From an uncultured Gemmatimonadales bacterium (GTDB taxonomy: Bacteria > Gemmatimonadota > Gemmatimonadetes > Longimicrobiales > Gaopeijiaceae), in NCBI GenBank assembly GCA_963809895.1, contig CAWELD010000003.1:3200001-3264000 (forward strand): a stretch of 64,000 nucleotides of DNA, in the 5' to 3' direction. Within the stretch, counting starts at the first letter, position 1, and each line of letters begins with the position of its first letter. Under the pieces are notes generated by a model. It did no database searches and was not told where the DNA came from. It was given only the letters and a program-made list of their open reading frames with translations. Positions 37,251 through 49,045 of this stretch are shown piece by piece. A program made the translations under genes and the position numbers.

Positions 37251-37714
37251 TTGAGTGCCGAGAACAAGAAGGATTCGCGCTGGCTCGAGATCCTTGGAGT
37301 GGTCACCGTCATCGTGTCCGTTCTGTTGCTCGCATGGGAAATCCGGCAGAACACGCAGACGGCAACGGCTCAGGCGATGCTCGACCTCAACACGATGGCG
37401 AACGAAGTGCTGAGTGCTGAAGCCCAGAGCGCGCAGTTGGCTGCGGTGCTGGTGAAAGGAGAGGAAGATCTGGGTTCCCTGTCACCGGTGGAGTACCGGC
37501 AGTTTCAATCCCACGTATATGCGTCGATAAATGCAATCAAGGCTGCACACGGCTTCTTCACTCAGGGTATCCTGGACGAAGAAGACTTTTCAGGGTGGAG
37601 GACTATACCTGCCCCTACCTGGGCGGTTCCTCCGTCAATGCGATATAGGAGTCTTTCAAGCCCACATGGGGGACTGAGTTTGTAGCCTTCGTGGAGGAGA
37701 CCTGCGGGCTTTGA
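37251..37714 (+). pseudogene. conserved-type hypothetical protein (one TM plus IRQNT motif), frameshifted
   Basis: LEILGVVTVIVSVLLLAWEIRQNT; paralogous to the next two genes. Confidence 0.55.
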
Positions 37715-37874
37715 TCGCGGCGAACTAGGTACCAGCGCCGCCTGACCATGGAGAACCCGCCGGCTGGGGACATCCAGCGGCTGCTGCCGTCCTCCCTCGA
37801 GCCAGAGCTCGCTACGAGTCGAAACCACTCGCTCTGACGCCCCGCTAGGCGGCACAATCCAATGAGATTCCCCC

Positions 37875-38340
37875 ATGACGAAGCGGAACCTGTCCGAATC
37901 GCTGCACCTGCTCGCCAACCTGGGCGTCATCGCCAGCATCGTGTTCCTCGGCGTCGAACTCAGCAGAACAACCAGCTGATGGAGATGGAGGCGCGAGCGA
38001 CCCTCACGGAAAACCTGCAGGACGGCTGGTACCAGCTGTCCAGCGATCCGGGCCTCACGGAGTTGTTCATCAAGGACCGGAGCGGCCAGGAGCTGTCCGA
38101 GGCTGACGAAATGCGTCTCAACGCCTACTGGATGGGGATGCTGCTGCGCCGCGAGTGGCAGCACGAGCATTTTCCCGACGCCGTGACGGCATGGCCGGCC
38201 TGCAACGCCTCTTTTCGACCTACGGCTCCCTGCGCCGGGCATGGGGTGGCACCAACAGCGCCTCGCGTGGGGCGGGCAAGGACAACTTCTCTCCGGAGTT
38301 CGTGCGTTTCATCGAGACAGAGATCCTGCCCGCGTCCTGA
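37875..38340 (+). pseudogene. hypothetical paralog (ANLGVIASIVFL...QNNQ), frameshifted
   Basis: Pieces in three frames. Confidence 0.5.
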
Positions 38341-38387
38341 GCAGTGGAGACCTTCTTCAGTCAAGACCAGCCGGAGGTGACCGGGCG

Positions 38388-38700
38388 ATGGCAATAGGGA
38401 TGACAGGATGGAAGGAAGTGATAGCAGCTCTCGGAGTCGTCCTCTCACTCGTGTTTGTCGGCTTCGAGGTTCGGCAGAACACGAGGGATCCCAGGCTACG
38501 GTACGCAATGATCTGGCTACGGCATCTCGGGAGTACCTGCTCGCGCAGGCGACAAGCCCTGAGTTGAGCGCCGCCTACGAACTCTGGCTCAGCGGTGGAG
38601 AGATAGCCCGGTTCAAGACCGGATGGTGATGACCTCCACCATGGCCTTGATTCGCAACATCGAGAACGTCTTCCTCCAAGCGGAATTGAGGAGCATCAGA
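38388..38700 (+). pseudogene. hypothetical paralog (LGVVLSLVFVGFEVRQNT), frameshifted
   Basis: Pieces in several frames. Confidence 0.45.
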
Positions 38701-38860
38701 CTCTGACGTTGTCGGGTCGTTTGAGCCATGAGAGCCCCGATCTTTCAGTCTGAGAAGTTTCGACAGTTCTGGGAATCAGGGACCAGGGGCAGCGTAGACC
38801 CCGGATTCGCGGAGGCCTTTGGTACGGCGAACGGGTATTAGGGCCTGAAAGGGAGACCTG

Positions 38861-39625
38861 GTGGCGAATTCTGCTCACACACATCGACGAGGGCACCCTC
38901 TGCTGGTCGAGGGCATCGTCATTCTTGCCAGTATTCTGGTGGCTTTCTGGTTGGATGGATGGCGTGCAGACCGTGAAATGGATCGCGATCTCACCCAGGA
39001 GTTGGAAAGCGTCTACCGCGAGGTCCAACGGAACCGGGACCTGGTGGTCGCCGAGTTGATCGTCCTCAACCGACTCACGGCGAGCGCGGATGCGCTGTTG
39101 GCTGACCTCAGCGCCAGCCCACGATCATCGACGATGGCGGTCACGGATTCGATCGCCTGGCTCGCAACGTCCTGGTCCGCGACCATCGATCCTTCACTGG
39201 GCGCCGTGCAAGCCATGATCGACTCGGGCCGGCTGGCCCAGGTCCCCAACCCCCGGCTCCGGCAGGGCCTCGCGGGGCTGAGGGATCAGTTCGAGGACGC
39301 CGTCGAAGAGGAGGTGTTGGCCCGCGAGGTATTCAGCAATCAGATATTTCCGCTGACTCGGGACCGCTTGGACTATCAAGCCTTCGGCGCACTCTTGCCG
39401 CAGCTCCTGGGACCAGCGAGTGGCGGCAGGCTGAGTCAGGAGAGCTTGTCCAAGCGGTCGTTTCCCACCCAAGGAACGATCGAGTACCCGAACAGCCCTG
39501 CCATTCGCAATGCCTTGGAGTTGAGGAGGGAATGGAACGTCGCGGCTCAAGATGAGATGGCCCAGCTGAAGATCGTCCTGAATGAACTTCTTACGGCCCT
39601 GGAAGACGAGTTGGCGGATCAATGA
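38861..39625 (+). CDS. hypothetical protein (EGIVILASILVAFWLDGW family)
   Basis: One TM plus coiled coil; paralogs at 44569 and 46186. Confidence 0.7.
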   Translation: MANSAHTHRRGHPLLVEGIVILASILVAFWLDGWRADREMDRDLTQELESVYREVQRNRDLVVAELIVLNRLTASADALLADLSASPRSSTMAVTDSIAWLATSWSATIDPSLGAVQAMIDSGRLAQVPNPRLRQGLAGLRDQFEDAVEEEVLAREVFSNQIFPLTRDRLDYQAFGALLPQLLGPASGGRLSQESLSKRSFPTQGTIEYPNSPAIRNALELRREWNVAAQDEMAQLKIVLNELLTALEDELADQ

Positions 39626-39755
39626 TCTTTCCCGTCGCACAGATTTCGGCTCTCCAACAAGTTTTCGCGGCTCTGGCGCCGGACGTTGCAGGTGAATGTT
39701 CGAACATGCCGTTGGAAAGACATCGGGGTGGGCACTTCGGCTGGGTGGACGTGAC

Positions 39756-40506
39756 ATGAAACCGGAACTGGGCCTCGGACGATGGGCAGGCGGAGCGGCG
39801 ACGGCTGTTGCGCTGGTCATGACCGGCTGTCAGGCCGGAGGCGATGGGCCAAGAGAACCCGAATCGACCGCCCTCGACCTGGTTCTGGAGCCGGTGACAG
39901 TAATCGGTGAGATCGAGGGGCCGGCGGACTACGTGTTTGGAGATGTGCGTGCCGTTGCGGTCGACGATCAGGGCCACGTCTACGTAGGAGCCCGGATCGG
40001 AGCAACGGTTCGGGTCTACTCAGCGCGAGGGGAGTTCATCACCGGCGGAGCTGTCTAGCGACACGCTGATGGTGCCATACTACGCGGGGATGGAGGCGCA
40101 GCGCACGGCGTTCGATCTCATCGGGCAGTCGAACGGCCGCATCGTCGAGGGACTGAGCCACATGCCGTTCGCAGCTGTTCCCACGTGGGACGTATCCGGC
40201 CGAGGAACGGTCCTTAGCACGGACGGAGACAGTGGTGACCTCTTGGAGTCGACCTTTGGAGGCGACACCGTCGGCGTCCTGGCGTTGGCGAGCAGCCCCC
40301 GCCGCCCCATCCCCCCGGCGGAGCGCGCCGACAGCCTGAAGGCCTTGGAGGCCCGCATCGATTCGCTTCCCGTCCCGCTGGACGAGGTCGTGAACCTCGG
40401 GAGGGGTGTCGCTGATCGGCATCTCCCGGAGTTCCTCCCGACGACGGTATCCTTGCGGGTCGCGACAGGTGGCCTGATTTGGGTAGAGCGGTGGCCCCAA
40501 CATTGA
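39756..40506 (+). pseudogene. 6-bladed beta-propeller lipoprotein with an internal deletion
   Basis: Lipobox TGC and IGEIEGPADYVFG; a stop at 40058 followed by a C-terminal-like fragment. Confidence 0.55.
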
Positions 40507-40656
40507 GGCTCCGACGTCTTCCAACACGGTGCCGAGAGACTCGCGCGGTAGGTAGGTGGGCTGCATGTGCCTCTTGAACTCATATGCCCCGTACCAGATT
40601 TCGAAAACAGCTTGGTGAAGTGCGGCAAGCGTGCCGTTTCCTCAGGGAGCTATCCG

Positions 40657-41826
40657 ATGACCGCCCCGAACCAGATCGTGCTGCTGATCGCGCTCGGCTC
40701 CGTGTGCGCGACGCCCGCCATCGCTCAGCAATCCACCGGAGAGAGGGCGAGAGATCTCGGCATTCCGCTCAATGGGACGCCCGGGTCACACAACGCCATT
40801 ACGGATGTGCCCGGCGTTGAGGTCGGCTATTCGACCGTTGTCAAAGGAACGGGCGCCTGGCGAATCGGCGAAGGACCTATTCGGACAGGTGTGACGGTCG
40901 TTTTGCCACGAGGGAAGACGGAGGGCTCCTACAACGTCGGTCAATTCGTGTTCAATGGCGACGGCGAGATGACCGGCGTCCCGTACATCCAGGACTATGG
41001 CCGGGCTGGAGGCCCCATAGGCATTACCAACACCAACAGTGTCGGCGTTGTCAGGGATGCAATCGGGGAGTGGATGTACAGGAGGTTTGCTTCCAACGGT
41101 CCGATGGATTTCTCATTCGGCTTGCCCATCGTCGGCGAGACCTGGGACGGCGGACTCAACGACATCAATGGCCACCACGTCAAGCGGGAACACGTATTCG
41201 AGGCGATCGATGGCGCCGCGGGTGGGCCTATCGCCGAGGGCAATGTAGGTGGGGGGACGGGGATGACCTGCTATTGGTTCAAGTGCGGAACCGGCACGTC
41301 GTCCCGGGTGCTACGGATCGGCACGAGGGACTATACCGTTGGTGTGCTTGTGCAGGCGAACTTCGGCAGACGGGACGATCTCGTCATCGCCGGCGTACCG
41401 GTCGGGAAGGAGATCACCGACTTCGACATGGTGGGGGCACCGGAGCAGGACGGGTCCATCATCATCGTGATCGGGACCGACGCACCTCTGACTTCGTCAC
41501 AGTTGAATCTCGTTGCAAGACGGGCAACGCTAGGGATGGGGCGCACGGGAACAATCGGCGACAGCCGATCCGGCGATATCTTCCTCGCGTTCTCGACGAA
41601 TACCGGGCAATACGATGAGGCGACCGACATCATCTCGGCCGATCGGCTGTCCACAGCAGGACTCAGTCAGGTGTTTCGCGCTACCGTGGAGGCAACAGAA
41701 GAGGCAATCATCAACGCCCTCGTTGCTGCCAAGGACATGGAGGGAATCAACGGGAACAAGGCATTCGCGATTCCACACGACAGGTTGCGAGAAGTAATGA
41801 GGATGTACAACCGACTGACACCATAG
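40657..41826 (+). CDS. P1/DmpA (S58) family aminopeptidase
   Basis: RARDLGI, NAITDVPGVEVG, EGNVGGGTGM, DGSIII and SGDIFLAFST. Confidence 0.9.
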   Translation: MTAPNQIVLLIALGSVCATPAIAQQSTGERARDLGIPLNGTPGSHNAITDVPGVEVGYSTVVKGTGAWRIGEGPIRTGVTVVLPRGKTEGSYNVGQFVFNGDGEMTGVPYIQDYGRAGGPIGITNTNSVGVVRDAIGEWMYRRFASNGPMDFSFGLPIVGETWDGGLNDINGHHVKREHVFEAIDGAAGGPIAEGNVGGGTGMTCYWFKCGTGTSSRVLRIGTRDYTVGVLVQANFGRRDDLVIAGVPVGKEITDFDMVGAPEQDGSIIIVIGTDAPLTSSQLNLVARRATLGMGRTGTIGDSRSGDIFLAFSTNTGQYDEATDIISADRLSTAGLSQVFRATVEATEEAIINALVAAKDMEGINGNKAFAIPHDRLREVMRMYNRLTP

Positions 41827-41965
41827 GCCGCTGTTCGCCAGGCTATTGCCTCATCTCGGGCCTACTACTGCCCCTGGGGCTCGAGAGGTCGCGAAGGGAA
41901 GTGAGGGCCGCTTCGTAGATCCTAGATGTGGACCCCATAGCACAGCTTCCTGGAGCATCTCTTTG

Positions 41966-42433
41966 ATGCACCGCCCCGTGGACCCGGACTCGCCTCGACA
42001 CAATGATGAACAGACGTTGATCCGACGTGCCCTACGGCTGGGCGCCTGGCCTGTGGTAATCGCCCTGTTCATCACTCCGATTCGCTTCTTCCTCGAATTG
42101 GCAGGCGTCCCGACGGTCTACGTGTTCCTGCTCGGACTGCTCTGGTTGTCGTTGGGGCTCTCAATCTACTGGGGCTTCAGATTGTCCGCCGAACCCCATC
42201 CGTACCGGCTCCTTTGGTTGAGTCTCGCGTTCTTCTCACCCCCTTCCAGGTTTCCGGTGTTCCTGCTCTGGTGGATTACCACCACCTGGGGGCTTGGCAC
42301 CCACTACAACATCTTTGACAGCTGGGACCAAGCGCTCGTCGGGCAGCTCTTCTACGGGTCCCTACTCCAGATCATCCCCGGTGGCTTGCTGGGTTCACTG
42401 ACGCTCGCTATCAGACGGGCAAGAACTGCGTGA
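41966..42433 (+). CDS. hypothetical membrane protein
   Basis: Four TM segments. Confidence 0.6.
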   Translation: MHRPVDPDSPRHNDEQTLIRRALRLGAWPVVIALFITPIRFFLELAGVPTVYVFLLGLLWLSLGLSIYWGFRLSAEPHPYRLLWLSLAFFSPPSRFPVFLLWWITTTWGLGTHYNIFDSWDQALVGQLFYGSLLQIIPGGLLGSLTLAIRRARTA

Positions 42434-42508
42434 GGCCGTCCTCATGCGTTACTTGACCAGGTGTATCCTATTGGCAATAGCCGGGCGGGTGCGGCCTCGG
42501 GTCACTCA

Positions 42509-42550
42509 GGCTTCCGGCTCCGCGCCGCTGAACGCGCGCTCTGTCCCAAT
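42509..42550 (+). repeat. remnant of a family A site (left arm)
   Basis: GGCTTCCGGCTCCGCGCCGCTGAACGCG...TCCCAA. Confidence 0.75.
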
Positions 42551-42663
42551 TCGCTACGCGGAAATACGCCTCATGGCGCGAAGTGGGTCGGGTCGCCACT
42601 TTCCCTTCCGTGAGGGTTCTTGACGATGAGGTCAGAAGCAACGGATGGGCAGAGTGGTAGGAC

Positions 42664-43392
42664 ATGACTCGGAATAGGTTTCGCTTTCTATCCCGCGGTA
42701 CGGCCACGATGGCCTTGACTGCGTTCTTGGGGTTGAGTCCTCGCTCGCTTTCCAGTCAGAACGCGGTGAGGGATTCGACCTGGACGGCGTTGATCCTTTA
42801 CAACCGAACTTTGGTGAGTTCGTTTGCCGCTGCGATGCGAGCTGTCCGCAGTGCTGATTCGCTCCTCGCGATCGCCGCTGGGAAAGACGTCCAAAGCCCC
42901 TCTGATTCCGTGGGGATGTGGGTGGCCCGAGTCGTAGAACCGCCATTGACCGACTTTCGCCCCTATAGCCGCTTCGTGAGCGACGACATTCTGAATGCGA
43001 TTGTCGACGACTCGCTCCTTCTCGCCGCCCGGACTCACCTCGTGAGGTCGTCCTCGGACATTGAGGCCAAGAATCGCCTTGTTCTCGATTATCTGAGCTC
43101 GTTCCAAGATTCGGGGATGTCCGCGCGCCTGGGGTGGCAGGGTACCACCCGAGACCCACGAGAACGGACCATCACGCGAGCGCAGATTGCAGAGGACCGG
43201 GAGTTCGTCAGGTTTGTTCGCGATCTCCGCGTGATTCTGTTGGATCTCGCTCGCACCGCAGGGAGTGCGGCGCGGGAAGGGGGGGGCGTTGGCGGCGGCC
43301 TTCGAACGAGCCTTCGGGCACAGACGGCACGGCGGGCGAGGCATTCATGCTCTACTTTGACGAGCGTACCGTCTCGAGGAAGTTCGACGTGA
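42664..43392 (+). CDS. hypothetical protein (3' end uncertain)
   Basis: ORF with a signal-like N-terminus. Confidence 0.45.
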   Translation: MTRNRFRFLSRGTATMALTAFLGLSPRSLSSQNAVRDSTWTALILYNRTLVSSFAAAMRAVRSADSLLAIAAGKDVQSPSDSVGMWVARVVEPPLTDFRPYSRFVSDDILNAIVDDSLLLAARTHLVRSSSDIEAKNRLVLDYLSSFQDSGMSARLGWQGTTRDPRERTITRAQIAEDREFVRFVRDLRVILLDLARTAGSAAREGGGVGGGLRTSLRAQTARRARHSCSTLTSVPSRGSST

Positions 43393-43735
43393 ACCTGCGA
43401 GGCAACGTGCTGAAGTGGTGGCGTGATGATGCCGCATTCTCACAGCGCTTTGTGGGTACGATCAGCGAGGACGGCAACGCAATCGTCTGGAAAGGGGAGA
43501 TGTCGCGGGGCGGCTCACCCTGGGAAGACGACTTGGAGCTGACCTACACGAGGGTGCGTTGAGAGAAAGAGGCAGGCCAGCGGGAACGACCAGCTCGAAG
43601 CAGCGATCGAGTTCTACACCGCGACGTTTCCGAACTCCGAAGTACGCACCGGCGCCCGCACCTGACGGGTCAGGGCTGGCCCTTGCATGCGCGGGCGCCG
43701 GTGAACCCGGGCGGTCCGTCTGAGAGCGGTTCCCA

Positions 43736-44255
43736 ATGGAGGCAAGCAGGATGCATCCGGCTGACGATCAGGTAGCGAAGGTCTTGCACTGGATCAGCGA
43801 TGTCTTCGCCCGGGCCGGCGCACAGTATCAAGTCGTAGGTGGACTCGCCGCGCGTGCGTATGGGGCGACTCGTCCTCTCGTCGACCTCGACTTCTACGTC
43901 TCGAGCTCGAGACATGCCCCGAGTATTGGTAACTGTGGGCGACTCCTGCGTGTGGGGGCCCGAGCACTTCAGGGACGAAAACTGGGATCTGACCTTCGCC
44001 AAGCTCGAGAAGAACGGTGTGCAGATTGAGGTGGCCGAAGCAGAAGGGGCTCGGTTCTACAGCCCGAGTGCCGGCCGATGGCTAGACCAGAACATCGCAT
44101 TCCATGACTCCGATAGGAGGGTGATTCTCGGAGTGGAGATGGAGGTCATGCCAAAGGATCAGCTCGTCGAGTACAAGAGAGCTTTGAATCGACCGGTGGA
44201 CCGATTGGACCTCAGCGAGATTCTTGGAATGAGGTTGAACGAGAGGCACGAGTAA
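43736..44255 (+). pseudogene. nucleotidyltransferase paralog of 28363, frameshifted near 43900
   Basis: YQVVGGLAARAYGATRPL.DLDFY, then CVWGPEHF.DENWDLTFAKLE in another frame. Confidence 0.8.
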
Positions 44256-44568
44256 GGCGGTCGGGGAGGATCCCCGTCCGTGAACTGGGGATTCATGATG
44301 ACAGCACAGGCTTCGGGATCGGGGTCGTCCTTTTCGCATGGGCTCCGACCGCCGCTCTCCGCGCACGTGTCCGAGAGCTGGAAAGCCGACTCGGTAGCTC
44401 GTGACAGGGGTCACCTGGCCGCTCGTGGCGGTCGCCTACCAAGCGATCGCCGGTCAGCCCACGGCTACTTGCAGCAACACAAATTCTGGCATACTACGTT
44501 GAGGCCACGCCGTCTGCCGCATCCGCGGCGGGTCCACGGACAAGCCAGAGAACCTCTACCACGCGCCG

Positions 44569-45319
44569 ATGGCCGCCGAGACCTCCCGCAGGCAGCGTTG
44601 GATCAAGCTCGGCCTCGAGTCCGCTGCCGTCTTGCTGAGCATCCTGACCGCGTTCGCGATCGACGCTGGCTGGGACCACCACACTGCCCGCCAGGATGAG
44701 CAGGCGGCGCTCGCCAGACTGCTCGACGAGTTCGAGGCCAACCAGGAAGAACTGGAGGCAGTCCGAGCGGGCCATCAGATCCTGCACGACAACGGGGTTC
44801 AACTTCTCCGGGTCGCGTACGGCCTCAGTCAGCCAGCGAGGAATCCCCCGAGCAACTTCGCCGTGTGCTCGGAATGTCGATCTACTTCGACCCGAGCATG
44901 GGGGCTCTGAACCGATTCCTTGCGAGCGACGAGACGGGAAACGTGGCCGGCCCCGAGCTTCTCGATCGGCTCGCGGGCTATCCCGCGAAGGTGGACGAGC
45001 TCTGGCAACAAGAACGGATGCTGCGGGAGATGATCGCTAGCTCATCGACCCCTTTGTCGTTCAATCCGCAGACCGACTCGTCCTCCTGCCCCCTGCCACG
45101 TCGTCGGAAGACCTGCAGAGCCTTCGAACTGAGGTGCCCCGTCAGGTAGACACCGAGATGCTCATGTCGCTCCTCGCGCAGCGCGAACTCCGCAACCTCA
45201 TCACGACACGGGTCATCCTCGAAGCACAATCGCTGATGAAATACGAGGTCGTGGCGGCCGAGTTCGACGCGATCTTGACCGAACTCCGCAGGATCGCGGG
45301 GACGGGTGAGCATCCCTAG
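44569..45319 (+). pseudogene. hypothetical protein (ESAAVLLSILTAFAIDAGW family), frameshifted
   Basis: Three consecutive frame pieces. Confidence 0.6.
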
Positions 45320-45397
45320 ATCCTCCTCTCGCTCGGGAGCCTGCCAGATGGGGAATTCGCGACTGCGGACAGAAGTCTCAGCGCGCGGTAATCGTAG

Positions 45398-46129
45398 GTG
45401 GTGCATGCAAGCTCTCCTACAGAAAGTGACTCATGCGTGATTGGTCTGATCCTTCTGGCCGTGTCCTTCGTCCTGCTGCGGCTCGAAGGGAAGAGTCTCA
45501 GGTCTATCGGACTCGACAAGCCGGCCCAACGCTCCCGGGAGTTTCTGGTCGGGCTCCTCGCCGCCGCACTGGTGGTGGTCGTTCAGCAGCTGGGCCTCGC
45601 CATCTCAGTCGGAACGAGCTGGACCGTAAACCCGGCGTTTGATGCTTCGCTGGGACTCGAACTCCTCAGGCTGAACGTCAATTCAGTCCTGTTCGAGGAG
45701 CTCATGTTCCGCGGGTACCTCCTCCTTCTTGCGATCCGGTACCTGGGTACCCGCCGAGCGGTCGTGGCGGACGCCGTACTCTTCGGGATCTATCACTGGT
45801 TCAGCTACGGCGTAGTCGGCGACCCCGTCTCGATGTTCTTCGTCTTCATACTGACCGCGTCGGCTGGCATGATGTTCGCGACGGCGTTCGCGGCGACCGA
45901 ATCCGTCATTGCCCCGATCTCGCTGCACCTCGGATGGAATCTGACGAGCTACGGCGTGTTCTCTGGTGGCCCGTGGGGCCCGGGGCTGCTGCTCCCGTCT
46001 GATGGCTCGGTGCCATTGCAGGCGGATAGCGCGACGGGATTGCTTCTGAGCCTGGTCTTGCCGATCGGATTTGCGGTTGGCACGACACTGTTTCTGCGTC
46101 GCTTCGCGCTCCGTGGTCGACTACCTTGA
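45398..46129 (+). CDS. CPBP/Abi-family intramembrane metalloprotease (start uncertain)
   Basis: FEELMFRG, LFGIYH and HLGWN. Confidence 0.85.
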   Translation: MVHASSPTESDSCVIGLILLAVSFVLLRLEGKSLRSIGLDKPAQRSREFLVGLLAAALVVVVQQLGLAISVGTSWTVNPAFDASLGLELLRLNVNSVLFEELMFRGYLLLLAIRYLGTRRAVVADAVLFGIYHWFSYGVVGDPVSMFFVFILTASAGMMFATAFAATESVIAPISLHLGWNLTSYGVFSGGPWGPGLLLPSDGSVPLQADSATGLLLSLVLPIGFAVGTTLFLRRFALRGRLP

Positions 46130-46185
46130 CCCCCGAAACGTGCATCGGCACCAGATCTTCCTCTCATTCGGGATCCCCGTAGACC

Positions 46186-46881
46186 GTGCGAGCCCCATCC
46201 CACTGGAAGCGAATTCTCGCGGAGTTCCTGGCGATCTTCGCTGGCGTCGTACTGGGCCTGTTGGCCGACGATTGGCGCGAGGCCCGGCAGGACAGGGAGC
46301 GGGAATCGTTCGCACTCCAGGAGATCCTCGCCGACCTGAAGGGAGATTCTGCGGAGCTGGCATCCTTCGATCGCCAGGCGAGAGACTGGAACTCGGCCGG
46401 GCTTTGGGTTGCGAAGCATCGTGGGGTATCCGTTCCCGCAGATTCGGTGGTCAACGCCATCCGTCCGGTCTACTTCACCTACGTGTATCGGCCTCAGCAC
46501 GCAGCGTATGTCGGGCTACGTGACGCAGGGGAGCTGGACCTCATCCGCGATCGAGCGTTGCGTCGCCAGTTGGTGGATTACTTCGAGACGCAACAGCCAT
46601 ACGCCGAATCCCTGTATCAACGAACGAACGAGATGTACTTCGACGCGGGAAAGGCCACCCGAGCGTACTTCAGATTGACCGTGACAGCGGATGCCCAGTC
46701 CCTGCGAGGCGACACGGGTCTGGAACTCCTGCGACCCTGGTTGGACGCGTCTCGAGACCAGGAGTTCACCGCAGCGGTGATCATGCTCGGGGTGGGCGGC
46801 GCGACGGTGGCACTCAGGCTCCCGGATGTGCGGAAGGCTAACGCTTCGCTGATGGCGGCGATTGCAGAACACATCCGGTGA
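46186..46881 (+). CDS. hypothetical protein (EFLAIFAGVVLGLLADDW family)
   Basis: One TM plus helical domain. Confidence 0.7.
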   Translation: MRAPSHWKRILAEFLAIFAGVVLGLLADDWREARQDRERESFALQEILADLKGDSAELASFDRQARDWNSAGLWVAKHRGVSVPADSVVNAIRPVYFTYVYRPQHAAYVGLRDAGELDLIRDRALRRQLVDYFETQQPYAESLYQRTNEMYFDAGKATRAYFRLTVTADAQSLRGDTGLELLRPWLDASRDQEFTAAVIMLGVGGATVALRLPDVRKANASLMAAIAEHIR

Positions 46882-46975
46882 TCATCGAGCGGAATGAGAG
46901 AGGGTGCGCTCAGGAACGGCACCGCCCGCGGATGATGTGAACGGCGCGGGGTACCGCGTACGAAGAGGAGGGGGT

Positions 46976-47506
46976 ATGGCCAGGCTCGTGTTCGGAATGA
47001 ATCAGTCGCTGGACGGCTACGTCGACCATACGGGCTTTGCACCGGGGCCGACGCTCTTCCGGCACTTCGTCGAAGAGGCTCAGGGACAGGCGGGCAGCGT
47101 GTACGGTCGCCGGATCTACGAGATCATGCGCTACTGGGACGACGATCATCCCGAATGGGATGCCGACGAATACGCCTTCGCGGAGGCGTGGCGGGACCAG
47201 CCGAAATGGGTCGTCTCGCGCACGTTGAAGTCCGTCGGCCCCAACGCCACGCTCATCGGGGACGACCTGGAGAGCGCGATTCGCAGGATCAAGGCCGAGC
47301 GCGATGGAGAGATCGAGGTCGCGGGTCCGGCCTTGGCGCACAGTCTCACCCAGCTCGGCTTGATCGACGAATACCGCATCTACCTGCACCCCGTCGTCCT
47401 CGGGCACGGCAAGCCGTATTTCGCCGGACCCCGGCCGCGCCTCCGCCTCGTGACCCATGATCGGATTGGCGAGGACGTGATCCGGCTGACCTACGTTCCT
47501 GCTTGA
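46976..47506 (+). CDS. dihydrofolate reductase-like (RibD C-terminal) protein
   Basis: SLDGYV, GRRIYE and LIDEYRIYLHPVVLGHG. Confidence 0.88.
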   Translation: MARLVFGMNQSLDGYVDHTGFAPGPTLFRHFVEEAQGQAGSVYGRRIYEIMRYWDDDHPEWDADEYAFAEAWRDQPKWVVSRTLKSVGPNATLIGDDLESAIRRIKAERDGEIEVAGPALAHSLTQLGLIDEYRIYLHPVVLGHGKPYFAGPRPRLRLVTHDRIGEDVIRLTYVPA

Positions 47507-47615
47507 TCGCATCGACCGAGGACACCCGGCATGGTCGCGGGGCACCAATCCCCCCGGATGCGCAGGTCGCACCTCGAGGCTACGATGGGGCGTCCTTCTG
47601 CCTGAACCCTGAGGG

Positions 47616-48221
47616 GTGTGCTTGGACCAATTCGAATACGTCATGGTCCTGGTGTCGATCATCATCGGCCTCGGGATCGCACACCAGCTTCTTGGTCTCG
47701 CTGGGGTCGTGGACCGCGTTGCCGGGGGCAAGAATCCGCTCGGTCTGAGCGTCGCCTACTTCTCCTGGCTCGGCGTCGTGTTCTTGTGGACCGTCACCTT
47801 CTGGTGGTGGGAATTCCGGTTCACCGAGTTCGTGACGGAATGGACGATCGGCCTGTACTTCTTCCTCGTGGTCTACGCCGTGGTGCTCTTCCTGCTGGCG
47901 GCGATTCTGGTTCCTCAGACCTGGGATGGAGTCGCCGAGCTCAATCAGTATTTCCTCGAGAGGAGGGCCTGGTTCTACTCCCTGCTGCTGCTGGCCAACA
48001 GCCTGGATATCCTCGACTCCTATTTGAAGGGGGGGATGGGAAATCTGATTGCGACACCTCCTGTGACCTATGCGATGTGGGGCTCGTTGGCGGTGGCCGG
48101 CGTCGTGGGACTGCGCGCCAAGTCCATCCGTGTACACAAGGTTCTGGGGCTGATGGTTCTCGCGTTGCAGGTCCTGTCGGCCTTCGAAGCGCTGCCGAAG
48201 CTCGGGCAGCTGAACGGTTAG
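47616..48221 (+). CDS. hypothetical membrane protein
   Basis: FEYVMVLVSIIIGLGI...FWWW; about six TM segments. Confidence 0.75.
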   Translation: MCLDQFEYVMVLVSIIIGLGIAHQLLGLAGVVDRVAGGKNPLGLSVAYFSWLGVVFLWTVTFWWWEFRFTEFVTEWTIGLYFFLVVYAVVLFLLAAILVPQTWDGVAELNQYFLERRAWFYSLLLLANSLDILDSYLKGGMGNLIATPPVTYAMWGSLAVAGVVGLRAKSIRVHKVLGLMVLALQVLSAFEALPKLGQLNG

Positions 48222-48261
48222 ATAGAGAAGCTTGTGTCCCCTTCCGGCTGTGGAGGAATCG

Positions 48262-48708
48262 ATGCGGCCCCGACATCACGTTACGCTGTTCACGGTTGCG
48301 GCCGTCTTGGGCCTGAGTCCCAGTCTCGTGGCCGGGCAGGCCCGCCGATACGTGGAACCGGTTATGGCGGGCGACACGGCCAGCCTTCCGTTCAGCGACG
48401 CCGTCCTGGTCGGCAACACGCTCTACGTCGGCGGTACGGTGGGCCGCCTGCGTCAACAGGTACCCGAGACCGCTGCCGAGGAGGCCCGCGCTCTCATGGA
48501 GTACTTGCAGGAGACCCTGGCGGACGCCGACATGACCATGGACGACCTGGTCATGGTGCAGGTGTTCTGCTCGGACTTATCCGCATATGCCGATTTCAAC
48601 CGGGTCTACCGCACATTCTTCACGAGAGAGGTTCCGCCACGAGCGTTCGTTGGGGCGGAACTCCTGGGTGGCCGGTTCGAGGTCACAGCCATCGCAGTGA
48701 AGCGGTGA
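48262..48708 (+). CDS. RidA-family protein with a signal peptide
   Basis: PFSDAVLVGNTLYVGG, FNRVY..FF and PPRAFVG. Confidence 0.85.
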   Translation: MRPRHHVTLFTVAAVLGLSPSLVAGQARRYVEPVMAGDTASLPFSDAVLVGNTLYVGGTVGRLRQQVPETAAEEARALMEYLQETLADADMTMDDLVMVQVFCSDLSAYADFNRVYRTFFTREVPPRAFVGAELLGGRFEVTAIAVKR

Positions 48709-49045
48709 TGCCGGAGAGCCGGTCACGCCAGCGACCAGGGGTCGCGCGGCGGTTCCTGATGGTCTGTCCGGCACGTGTTCTCAGGCAGATCTCGCTGTGT
48801 TCGAACCTCCCCCGCCGCCTCATGAACACGCGTCGACTCCATAGCCTCTGCTGCCTTCTCGCGTTGCTGGCCACGCCCGGCAGGACCATTGATCTATCCC
48901 TGGACGTGCACTGGGGCTCCTATCCCACCCCGGCTCTGGAGGGACCGGCGCCCCAGGACCCGGACCTGGAGGCCATCAGTCGTCAGATCGGACTCTCCTT
49001 GGGGGTGACGTGGGTGGTTTCTCTTGGAAGAGAGGAGGAAAACAG